From Candidatus Hodarchaeota archaeon (GTDB taxonomy: Archaea > Asgardarchaeota > Heimdallarchaeia > Hodarchaeales > Hodarchaeaceae), in the NCBI GenBank assembly GCA_016839815.1, contig JAEOTM010000043.1, forward strand, positions 1 to 50,914: DNA of 50,914 nt. The letters run 5' to 3'. Below the pieces are notes generated by a model. It was not told the DNA's origin. It searched no databases and saw only the letters and a list, made by a program, of their open reading frames with translations. Positions 19,181 through 28,373 of the stretch are shown piece after piece. The number at the start of each line of letters is the position of its first letter. Within the stretch, counting starts at the first letter, position 1. The position numbers were made by a program, and so were the translations under genes.

Positions 19181-20296
19181 ATGGCAAAGAAAAAGAGAAA
19201 AGCGGCATCATTTTTTGAGGATAAACCTACAGATGACGTCACACCTGATACCTCGTATCCTCCAGATTCAACTGAGGAAATGCCTCCGATTTCCACTTCC
19301 CCATCTCCCTCAGGCTCTACTGACCAGATGGCTTTAATGTCACAAATGATGCAAACTATGCAATCAATGATGAGTGCTGGAGCAATGCCTGGTCAATGGG
19401 ATAGTTCCAGTCCCTTTCAACAGGCTGAAGAGACTGTAGAAGCAGTTCCTCATGACATTATTATCCCAAAGACCTTGGAAAGAGGGATAGTTGCACAAAT
19501 GGGTTTAAATGTTCATCCCCTTTATTCTAAGCTCTTTTTATCAGAAGATAATTCTCTCTTGGGTGGTATTCCACAAGGATGTACTTGTACTCTGACTGGA
19601 CCTGCTTATAGTGGCAAAACGCGATCCGCATTGGAAATGATAATCAATGCAGTTATGTCTGGGATAAAAACGGCCTATGTTGTGGCAGAAGAAGGTTTTT
19701 ATGATGACAAAGATTCAGGTAGGAATGATTTATTTTCTCGATTTTTAAAAATTGCTGAAACTGTCTCAGGCTTATCGGAAAAGCAGTTTAGGAAAAAATA
19801 TGATGATCTGTACATTGTTATTCCGAATCAGTACCATAAAGGGAAAAGCTGGGAGGAATTTATACGGGATTATCGGTATGCAGTTGAAGAACTAGAATGT
19901 AAATTTACCATTATCGATTCTATTAATATGCTTGATCCTTCAAAACTCAACACTGTAGATAATTTGAATGCTTTGAAGACCTACAACCACGAAAAAGGAG
20001 TAACATGTGTTGTCATTGGTCAAGTTAAAGATACAGGTGTTCCGCAAGGTGGCGAGGCATTATTTCACACCAGTGAAGTAGCACTACATATTTCAAAGAA
20101 ATCCATGACTTCCAAAGCACAAGCTGAAATCTGGGGTTCTCAGTATCGTGATAGTGTTACTGTCATTAATGCCCGTTCAAAAGTATGTCATACATTGAAT
20201 TTTTCCGTTAAAATCTCATTCAATGAGAGTGGAATGATTCGTGCGGATAGTACACAACCTAGTGATCATGAATTTCCAGCCAATTTTTGGGATTAA
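19181..20296 (+). CDS. RecA-superfamily (KaiC/RAD55-like) ATPase with disordered N-terminus
   Basis: LLGGIPQG, Walker A GPAYSGKT, YVVAEE, Walker B IIDSIN, VIGQ. Confidence 0.85.
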   Translation: MAKKKRKAASFFEDKPTDDVTPDTSYPPDSTEEMPPISTSPSPSGSTDQMALMSQMMQTMQSMMSAGAMPGQWDSSSPFQQAEETVEAVPHDIIIPKTLERGIVAQMGLNVHPLYSKLFLSEDNSLLGGIPQGCTCTLTGPAYSGKTRSALEMIINAVMSGIKTAYVVAEEGFYDDKDSGRNDLFSRFLKIAETVSGLSEKQFRKKYDDLYIVIPNQYHKGKSWEEFIRDYRYAVEELECKFTIIDSINMLDPSKLNTVDNLNALKTYNHEKGVTCVVIGQVKDTGVPQGGEALFHTSEVALHISKKSMTSKAQAEIWGSQYRDSVTVINARSKVCHTLNFSVKISFNESGMIRADSTQPSDHEFPANFWD

Positions 20297-22227
20297 ATGC
20301 TAAAATGATTCTAACTTCCTATGAACGATCTGTGATTGAATCTGATGATGATTTTAAAGATTTAGTGGCTGAAATCAAACAAGTTACGAATCTTAAGTCA
20401 TTAGATCCCTCCACATTCTTCCTGTTGGCAAACTCCTATAAACTCCCCTTACATTTGGTTTATTTAATAATTCACTCATTTCAGCATAATAAAACGCTTA
20501 CCTTATCTGATCTTTCGTCAGTTAGTTTTTACGCTATTTGTCGAGACGTTCTTACTCCATATAAGAATAAAGCTTTCACTTTTCACAGATTATTTGGTCT
20601 AAAGTACCCTTTTTTGAAAAATACTGACGAACGGCTAGAATGGTACTTGAAGCATAATAATGGTTTGACATTGACTCAAAAAGTAAGTGTTCTGGAAGGC
20701 GAGACTAGCTTTAATCGAATGGGAATTGGTCGTACCCGATTTGAACAGGCATTACGAAGAATAAATATTGAAGCCACTCATCAAGAAATCGAAAAAAGAC
20801 GATTAGGAGAGACTTTTGGTGAATGGCCTGCGGCAGTCGCTACCTTTATTAAGAAGGAACGAGGAGATCTAACACTAACCGAGATTTTGGCTGTTGGTGA
20901 CGCGTTAGCTGAGGAATCTAAGATCACCATTAAAGTAGCTGTATTTGCGGAATTATTAAAGCGCATGGGAAAAATCGAGGTATACTTTTTAGCTTCTCAA
21001 GTTAATAGGTTCCATGACCATGTATCTCGTACCTCAAGTTTGGTCCGTGCTTTTTCCAAAGCCTTTAATATCGATTTGAAAATGCTAGAACGACTTATTT
21101 CAATGCATTCCTTTACTGATATTGCTGATTTAGTCCAAAATAACAAGCAGCTTACTCAATTTGAACGATTACTCCCTTTTCGTCCATTCAAGCCTATGTT
21201 GGCCGAAAAATGGGAAAAATACTCCAAATTCCCAGTTTTTGCAGAGGCAAAGTACGACGGTGTTCGTTTATTAGTCCATAAGCTTGGAAATAAGATTGGG
21301 TGCTATTCTCGAAGAAGAAGAGATTATACCTATAAATTTCCAGCGATTACCCAGTTGCTAAATCTAATTCCTGCATATTCGGTCATTCTGGATGGAGAGA
21401 TTACTGCTCAACAATGGACCGTAGAAGGTCCCAGATATCTGGATGTTTATGAACTCCATGAGGCTGTAAAAGACGGAGTGGAGTCAGTTCGTTTACTATA
21501 TATTGTATTTGATGTGCTTTTTCTTAATGGTGTTGAAACTGTTCAGCTACCTTTTGAACAACGTCGACGAATTCGACATCAACTTGTTACAGGAATAAGA
21601 GCACGTGGAAATAATCCAAGTCTAGAAGTCCGTGAAGTCCAAAGTATCTTTGTAAAGGATAATGGAAGTCTGATTAGAGCTTATAATAACTTTATTGATA
21701 CTAAACACGAGGGAGCGATTGTTAAAATTCCAAAGGGTCCTTATGAACTTGGTAAGCGTTCTAAATTCTGGTATAAACTAAAACCGAAAGAAACATTGGA
21801 CGTTACAATCACAGGAATTATCCCCTTACAAGAACATGGACGGTTAAGAGTTTGGGGAGTACGATATGCTGTGAAACGGGAAGAAGGATATACTCATTTG
21901 GGTATGATACGCGGACTAGATGTTCGTGCAGGTTCCCGATTAGCAGAATTAATTCTCGGGAATGGTTTAATTCCCCCTAATGCTCAACTCATGGATTTAA
22001 CACCCGCTATTGAATCACGTGGTCGTTTCACACAGGTAAAACAAAGCTGGGGTTTTGCTATAGAACCTCATATTGTAATTACAATTGATAGTTTAGGAAT
22101 TGTAAGACGAGAAGATAAATTCTCCTTGCGTAATGCCCGTTTTCTATATATTCGTGAGGATATGGATGTGGAAGATGTTTCAGACTGGAATGATGTTTAT
22201 CACTATTACATGAAGGCTAATTCATAA
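20287..22227 (+). CDS. lig: ATP-dependent DNA ligase with atypical N-terminal region (likely start ATG 20305)
   Basis: KPMLA; motifs I EAKYDGVR, III LDGEI, IIIa VFDVL, IV HEGAIVK, V WYKLKP, VI SLRNARF..IRED. Confidence 0.92.
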   Translation: MGLNAKMILTSYERSVIESDDDFKDLVAEIKQVTNLKSLDPSTFFLLANSYKLPLHLVYLIIHSFQHNKTLTLSDLSSVSFYAICRDVLTPYKNKAFTFHRLFGLKYPFLKNTDERLEWYLKHNNGLTLTQKVSVLEGETSFNRMGIGRTRFEQALRRINIEATHQEIEKRRLGETFGEWPAAVATFIKKERGDLTLTEILAVGDALAEESKITIKVAVFAELLKRMGKIEVYFLASQVNRFHDHVSRTSSLVRAFSKAFNIDLKMLERLISMHSFTDIADLVQNNKQLTQFERLLPFRPFKPMLAEKWEKYSKFPVFAEAKYDGVRLLVHKLGNKIGCYSRRRRDYTYKFPAITQLLNLIPAYSVILDGEITAQQWTVEGPRYLDVYELHEAVKDGVESVRLLYIVFDVLFLNGVETVQLPFEQRRRIRHQLVTGIRARGNNPSLEVREVQSIFVKDNGSLIRAYNNFIDTKHEGAIVKIPKGPYELGKRSKFWYKLKPKETLDVTITGIIPLQEHGRLRVWGVRYAVKREEGYTHLGMIRGLDVRAGSRLAELILGNGLIPPNAQLMDLTPAIESRGRFTQVKQSWGFAIEPHIVITIDSLGIVRREDKFSLRNARFLYIREDMDVEDVSDWNDVYHYYMKANS

Positions 22228-22234
22228 CCGAGCA

Positions 22235-22861
22235 TTATACCAATGTCTTCCTAGTGCATTGTGTTTGAAATCGACATTTCTGGCACTTGTTCGGATTTCC
22301 AGTAGGAATTGCTTCCTTGGTTTGATTTAAAATACCCATTATTCTATCGATTGCTTTCTGAACCAGTTCATTGTCCTCTGTGGAAAAATTTTTTTCCCAA
22401 ATAACTTCCTGTGTATCACGATTCCTTAAACAAGCAATAATAGCTTGATCTGGGTTAAATTTCTCTTGGAATGCTAAACAATACCCCCAAACCTGTTTTT
22501 TCATACTAATGTATGCTATTTGTCCAGGTTTATCATCAATAATTCTAATCTGATCAGGATTTAGTTGGACTTCATCAATTATTCCATAAATATTCGTTCC
22601 CTCTATCGGTAATTCGCGACAGATGAGAGTTACTTTTTCTTCTTTTACTTTAGAGAGAGCACCTTCAGTTGATAATTTTAAATCTGCTTTTTCCTTGTGA
22701 TCCTCTTCGAGTTTTTCATGTATCTTTTTTCCCAATTGCATTGCTTTAGTTGGTTTTGATTTAATTTTTTGTACATATTCAAGCTGAATTTGGTACTCGC
22801 AATAGCCTTGGGTATGCAACCAACTGATGGGAATTTTAGAATCTATATTTTCAGCCATCAA
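22235..22861 (-). CDS. Solo Cas4-like PD-(D/E)XK exonuclease with 4-Cys Fe-S motif
   Basis: GYCEYQ, GKKIH, GIIDEV, IIDDK, QVWGY, KCQKCRFQTQC; no CRISPR array or cas1 in the window. Confidence 0.85.
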   Translation of the reverse strand: MMAENIDSKIPISWLHTQGYCEYQIQLEYVQKIKSKPTKAMQLGKKIHEKLEEDHKEKADLKLSTEGALSKVKEEKVTLICRELPIEGTNIYGIIDEVQLNPDQIRIIDDKPGQIAYISMKKQVWGYCLAFQEKFNPDQAIIACLRNRDTQEVIWEKNFSTEDNELVQKAIDRIMGILNQTKEAIPTGNPNKCQKCRFQTQCTRKTLV

Positions 22862-22970
22862 TTCTCTCTCAGTTATATTCTACTCTCTCTTAAAGAATCA
22901 CGAATATTAGAAGTTGACGGAAATAGGAACCGATTTATGAAATGGATTGCTCTATTCTTCCGAAATGTCC

Positions 22971-23711
22971 CTAATTATTCGTATTTGCCTTTTCAAGAAC
23001 TTTTTTTGCCCCGCTGAGATGAGCTGCGATCATTGCATCATCATACGAAGAAGTTGGAGAAGCTAGCATCTGTAATGATCCTGTTATTCGATAATTGCTC
23101 TTCTGTAAAGCTTTCACAAGTTCTCGATCAAAAGCTGAGCATAGAAAGGAGAAATGGATAATACTATCAAACGATAACACATATCTCTTCCACAGATCAG
23201 TCTTTTCAAGTGTGTTTATCATCCTTTCTCGCAAATCTTGCCAGTTTTTCTGGATTTCTTCCCTCACACGCTCCACGAGTCTTTCCAATTGAGACTCCTC
23301 GTTGATGATGGTTAAAAATGATGATATCACTACCATGGGGTAATATGGGACATTTTCACTAAAGGAATAATACTCACGTATCGTTTCTTTTCCCCACTGG
23401 AGTGGGATTAGTGCATAGAATCCCTTAACAGTAGTTACAATTTCATTCGTGTTGTTATCTTCAGCCCAGAGTGAGAAAGCTCGTGCACTTTTCCGATCGA
23501 TATCGGGAATCTCTTGAGCCCAAGGTTGAACATTGGCATAATGGATTGCAATAGGCCCTAATTCTTCGATTACAGTCTCAGTACTGACATCTCTACCCGA
23601 ATAAAATCTATCACTAAGCGATTTTTCTTCAAATTCAGTCATGCGATCTTTATCTATAAAATGTGACAAGCCATTATAAAATTTTAACTGTGTGATATCT
23701 ATCTGACTCAT
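22971..23711 (-). CDS. Hypothetical protein
   Basis: 246-aa ORF with globular composition; no recognised motif. Confidence 0.7.
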   Translation of the reverse strand: MSQIDITQLKFYNGLSHFIDKDRMTEFEEKSLSDRFYSGRDVSTETVIEELGPIAIHYANVQPWAQEIPDIDRKSARAFSLWAEDNNTNEIVTTVKGFYALIPLQWGKETIREYYSFSENVPYYPMVVISSFLTIINEESQLERLVERVREEIQKNWQDLRERMINTLEKTDLWKRYVLSFDSIIHFSFLCSAFDRELVKALQKSNYRITGSLQMLASPTSSYDDAMIAAHLSGAKKVLEKANTNN

Positions 23712-23976
23712 TTTACATGGATCCTCAAGAAAGAAACAGAATCTTCAGGTTAAACTACCTATTTTGTCTATATAACTTATATATTTCGACAATATTTGGT
23801 CATTGATATTGAGGATTAGATGCTTCAAAAAATCCTAATTCAGATTTTACAGATATTTCAGTAAGTAAAATATCTATTCGAGATTTGAAAGATGAGTAAA
23901 TCTGTGCCTGAAACAATACTTTAATATCATTAACAATCTTGATGAATAAACAGCAGGTATATTTGAGGGAAATGAT

Positions 23977-25161
23977 GTGAGAATACGAGATATCTCGAGT
24001 TTCGGCTATTCAGGAGTGTTAACTGAGTTAGAAAATATTGCACGAAAACGAGGATCATATTTGCACCTATCTAATTGTGATCCTCCAATCTATGGTTATA
24101 CTCTTGACAGTAGTATTATTGAACAGATTAACCAGCTGCAAATTTCTGCTTATACCAGTTATCCATCTTGGAATGGTGATGAAGACCTTCGAATAGCGAT
24201 AAGTAAGCGAATTAACAAGTTTTGTAACACTCATGTTCCATCTGACAGATTAATTATGACAAATGGGGTATCTGAGAGCTTTCCGTTAACTTTCGCGGCA
24301 TTATTTCATCAACGATCGGGAAGTATCGCTATTCCTGATCCTTCCTATGTTCCATTGATGGTGCAGGCTAGACGCTTTGGTGATGTTTGGTTTTATACCC
24401 TTGATGAGCTAGATGGTTGGAATCCTGATTGTGATCAGCTGGTTCGTTCACTTGAAGTTCACAAGGAGACTAAAGCGCTGTTACTAATTACTCCTAATTC
24501 ACCTACTGGGGCAGTATACCCTGAGAAGATTCTTGCAGAGTTAATGAACATAGCAGCTCAATATAATCTGGTAGTGATTACTGATGAAATTTATGACTCA
24601 CTGACATTTGGAGATTTTCATTCTCCATTACAATATGCTGAGGAAGTGCCAGTAGTTTATTTAAATGGTTTTAGTAAGGTATATCGGTTACCTGGGTACA
24701 GATTGGGTTATATTGGTTGGTATGACCCAACAGATAGAAATACCCCCTTTTGGGAATATTTGGTGCAACTATGTAAAGCGAAGTTTGGTGTCTCACTTCT
24801 AGCCCAAGAGGTAGCAAAACTTGCTCTACAAGAACCAGAATCTCATTTGAAAGAATTCGTCACAAGTGTTGAGAAAAAGCATCTTCTTCTCATCGATGAA
24901 CTCTCAAAAATTGAGGGTATATCAGTAGTTCCAGCAGGTGGAAGTACATATGTGTTTCCCAAACTTCACTTTGATCAGATTAGTGATGAACAACTTGTAA
25001 GATATTTACTACAAGAATATGGTATTTTTCTTACTCCTGGATCAGCTTATGGTCCTTCCATTGCTCCTGGTCATGTGAGATTTGTTACTCTAGTTCCTGA
25101 AGCTGATTTAGTTAAGGGAGTACATGCATTGGGAAAATCATTACTAGATTTATCTACTTGA
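23977..25161 (+). CDS. PLP-dependent aminotransferase class I/II
   Basis: TPNSPTG, ITDEIY, NGFSKVYRLPGYRLG. Confidence 0.92.
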   Translation: MRIRDISSFGYSGVLTELENIARKRGSYLHLSNCDPPIYGYTLDSSIIEQINQLQISAYTSYPSWNGDEDLRIAISKRINKFCNTHVPSDRLIMTNGVSESFPLTFAALFHQRSGSIAIPDPSYVPLMVQARRFGDVWFYTLDELDGWNPDCDQLVRSLEVHKETKALLLITPNSPTGAVYPEKILAELMNIAAQYNLVVITDEIYDSLTFGDFHSPLQYAEEVPVVYLNGFSKVYRLPGYRLGYIGWYDPTDRNTPFWEYLVQLCKAKFGVSLLAQEVAKLALQEPESHLKEFVTSVEKKHLLLIDELSKIEGISVVPAGGSTYVFPKLHFDQISDEQLVRYLLQEYGIFLTPGSAYGPSIAPGHVRFVTLVPEADLVKGVHALGKSLLDLST

Positions 25162-25424
25162 AGTTATTTTTTCTTTACTAGTCCTTGAGGAAGGTGCAAA
25201 GCAAACCGACAGACATTATCTCCCTTAATCACTGACTTTAGTAATTCTACTTGCAATGAGGAATAAAATTCATCATTATCTTGACAAAAAAAGAATTTAG
25301 CAAAAACCTTGGATATAATGGTTGTTAATCTCCTCAGGATCCCTAACCTAAATTCTTATACCAATTAAAATATTTTCACCTTTCTATAGGAATTTAAACT
25401 AGTGTCTTGATTTAATATTTAATT

Positions 25425-26663
25425 ATGAAAAAGCTCGTCTTGGTGCTTTTAATCAGTCAATTACTAGTAAATCTGAATCTCCTTACGATTTTAAGAGCTG
25501 AAACCTCACAAGATTATTGGCCAACAGCTGATTGGCAAACTATTAGCCCAGAAGAAGTACAGGTAAATTCTACTTATTTAACTCAGTTTTGGAATTATGC
25601 TGATCAGTATCTCACTAGTTTAAATAGTTTGATAATTATTAAATCTGGCTATTTAATTTTTGAGAAGTATTATCGTGGATGGGATTCTACACAAGCTCAT
25701 GAGCTATATTCTACAACCAAATCGGTAACATCGGCTCTTGTTGGGATAGCTGTAGACCAAGGACTTTTCTCTGTGGATGATTATGTTGTAGATTTTTTTC
25801 CAGAATACTCGTTTGATAATCTTGATTCGAGAAAACAGAATATGACCGTAGAACATCTTCTTAATATGCGAAGTGGATTGGACTGGGATGAATGGAGTTA
25901 TGACTATTTTAATGTAAATAATCATTATAATCAGATGCTTAATAGTATTGATTGGGTAAAAAATGTATTGAACAGACCTATGGCTAACGATCCTGGATCG
26001 ACCTTTGAATACTGTGGAGGTGCTAGTCATCTGTTACAGGCCATTATAACCAAATCGACAAATATTTCATCCCTTGAGTTTGCGAATCAATTTCTTTTTG
26101 AACCATTAGGGATAGATCCTGGTCCTTGGTTATCTAGTCCGAATAACGTGGTTTGTGGAGCACATGGATTAGATCTTACTCCAAGGGATATGGCTAAATT
26201 TGGTTATCTGTTTATGCATAATGGAACATGGGATGGGAAGGAAATAATATCCAAAGATTGGGTAGTTAATAGTACACGCATAAAACCATCATATATCTAC
26301 ACTAGTAGCGGTAACCCAATAAGGTACGGTTATCAATGGTGGGTTCAAGATAGTACATTTGATTATTACATGTTTTATACCTCAGGATTATATGGCCAGC
26401 GTATTCATTGCTTTCCCGAGTTGGATTTGATATTCGTCACTACCTCTGAAGTGTCGTATGATTGGAATTCATTAATTGAGAGTTTTATCATTCCTTCAGC
26501 TACTGAGTTCGATCCTGCGAAGGTTACTACCCCAACAACCCAATTAGAACCAACATCTAAATTCGATTCTACCAGTAATGGATCAACAATCGGTATTGTC
26601 TTCCCATTTTTAGGAATCCTGATGTTGTTAATTAGTGTACGAATAGTAAGAAGAGGTAATTAG
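25425..26663 (+). CDS. Secreted, membrane-anchored serine hydrolase (beta-lactamase/AmpC-like fold)
   Basis: Signal peptide; YSTTKS (SxxK), HLLNMRSGL, PG..FEYCG, YGYQWW; Thr-rich linker, TM, RR. Confidence 0.9.
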   Translation: MKKLVLVLLISQLLVNLNLLTILRAETSQDYWPTADWQTISPEEVQVNSTYLTQFWNYADQYLTSLNSLIIIKSGYLIFEKYYRGWDSTQAHELYSTTKSVTSALVGIAVDQGLFSVDDYVVDFFPEYSFDNLDSRKQNMTVEHLLNMRSGLDWDEWSYDYFNVNNHYNQMLNSIDWVKNVLNRPMANDPGSTFEYCGGASHLLQAIITKSTNISSLEFANQFLFEPLGIDPGPWLSSPNNVVCGAHGLDLTPRDMAKFGYLFMHNGTWDGKEIISKDWVVNSTRIKPSYIYTSSGNPIRYGYQWWVQDSTFDYYMFYTSGLYGQRIHCFPELDLIFVTTSEVSYDWNSLIESFIIPSATEFDPAKVTTPTTQLEPTSKFDSTSNGSTIGIVFPFLGILMLLISVRIVRRGN

Positions 26664-26684
26664 GTAAACCAATCCTCAATGATT

Positions 26685-26714
26685 AGGTGTTCTTAACTTT
26701 AGAACACCTTTTTT
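26685..26714 (+). terminator. Hairpin plus T-tract terminator
   Basis: AGGTGTTCT-N7-AGAACACCT followed by TTTTT, about 20 nt after the stop. Confidence 0.6.
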
Positions 26715-26839
26715 CTTCTAAATAGGTATATTCATTTTTGCCTCGATCTATAAGATTATATTAGGTGAGTGTTTTAGTGAAGATAGTGATTTTATCCTTC
26801 ATTCATGAAATTACCAATTAATAAACAGATTGAAGTCAT

Positions 26840-28309
26840 ATGTACCATCGTAAACCGTATTTAACCTTGTTCCTATCCTTTAATCTCTTTTTTCTTCCGT
26901 TGATTCATTTTAGTGTTGATATTCCCTCTATATCAACAGACCAGGAGGTAATTAACAGTTCTCGTGAATTTTGGGCCTTTAATTTTATCTCAAAAGAGTA
27001 TTACACAGTGAATGCAAATTTATTGACAACGGGTGAATGTTGCTATATCTTTATGGAGGAAGAGTGTATATCGAAGTTGGGAGAGAGTTCTGTCATGGCT
27101 AAAGTCCAAGATATCAGTGATGAATTTGATAATGTTATTTATCCTAGAATAATTGACCTTGCTGGACATCCCAACGGAACGATGGGAGATATAGATGGCG
27201 ATCCTAAAGTTTACATCCTTTTCTTAGATAGTGCTAATTATTACTCTGAAGCAAATGATATTGAGCATAATATTTCAAATCACTGTGAGATGTTCTATAT
27301 CCATTATAGGCTTTATCATCATTTCTGGTTATATCCTACCATGGCTCATGAGTTCCATCATCTTATCTGGTTTAATAATGAATGGGGGGAACCACCATTC
27401 ACTTTAGAGGCTTTAGCACAATATTCCACCTATCATGCAGGATATCTTAATCCTTATCAAAATCTTGTTCCCCAAGTTGCTTCTTATTTACCTCATCCAG
27501 AAAATTCCCCATTATATTGGAATAATGATGAAGATTATGGGAGTTCGTATCTCTTTGCTTTTTACCTTGCTGAGAAATATGGAACACAAGTTCTTCGTGA
27601 TCTAATTACTGAGCCCTCTAATGGACCAGAAGGAATTGAAGCCGTGTTACAATCAGCAGGATATGATATAACATTTAATGAACTTTATTTGAATTGGCTT
27701 GTAGCCCTGACTATTGATGAATTGGGATTTGAAAACAATTTATATGGATTTGAAGGACTTGATGCTCAGATCAGCAGTTTTACACCAATTTATGAATTAC
27801 CTATCGTTAATCAGTCATTTTCTTGTAATCATTATGCATTTAAGGTCTTTAAATTTCAGACTAATGTGGATAATTTCACCATTACCGTTGAAAAATCCCC
27901 CGATGAAGTGATTGGAGCTGCTTTAGTAATACATGATACTTTTGGTTGGTTTGTTAAGAAGAAATTATTATATGATGCTCTCGGTACAATCTCTTTCTCA
28001 TCCCTTGGTACACCTGTTGATGAGGCATATTTAATTGTCAGCTTTTTCTCTAAAGACACACCTACTATTCCTGAAGAGCGGGAAAGAGGAACAGGACCAT
28101 CAATTGAAACTCAAATATCTATCACTGAAGGTGTAGAACGTGATGAAGTTGCCTCTTCTAACCCTCCTGCCACAAATTCATCTACAAATGGGACTACAAT
28201 GAAAAACAAAACTACAGACTTTCCAGAACTTCTCCTTATTCTGCTAATGATGATAATAAGCTTGGTAGTATTCACATCTAAAACCGTGGATGACAATATT
28301 CCGAAGTAG
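26840..28309 (+). CDS. Secreted, membrane-anchored zinc metalloprotease (HExxH; M30-like)
   Basis: Signal; DIDGDPKVYIL; TMAHEFHHLI...LEALA; YGSSYLFAFYLAEKYG; Ser/Thr linker plus TM. Confidence 0.85.
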   Translation: MYHRKPYLTLFLSFNLFFLPLIHFSVDIPSISTDQEVINSSREFWAFNFISKEYYTVNANLLTTGECCYIFMEEECISKLGESSVMAKVQDISDEFDNVIYPRIIDLAGHPNGTMGDIDGDPKVYILFLDSANYYSEANDIEHNISNHCEMFYIHYRLYHHFWLYPTMAHEFHHLIWFNNEWGEPPFTLEALAQYSTYHAGYLNPYQNLVPQVASYLPHPENSPLYWNNDEDYGSSYLFAFYLAEKYGTQVLRDLITEPSNGPEGIEAVLQSAGYDITFNELYLNWLVALTIDELGFENNLYGFEGLDAQISSFTPIYELPIVNQSFSCNHYAFKVFKFQTNVDNFTITVEKSPDEVIGAALVIHDTFGWFVKKKLLYDALGTISFSSLGTPVDEAYLIVSFFSKDTPTIPEERERGTGPSIETQISITEGVERDEVASSNPPATNSSTNGTTMKNKTTDFPELLLILLMMIISLVVFTSKTVDDNIPK

Positions 28310-28373
28310 AAAACTATTAACAGGATAATTCTCACGTATCCTCAACCTTTGTATACTCAGGGGTATTAAGAGA

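Noticed and set aside
19181-20296. True circadian KaiC or RadA recombinase
   Set aside because: Single ATPase domain, no kaiB nearby, and no N-terminal HhH domain of RadA
22235-22861. CRISPR-Cas system suggested by the Cas4-like gene
   Set aside because: No repeat-spacer array, cas1, cas2 or effector genes seen; solo Cas4-like nucleases are common in archaea
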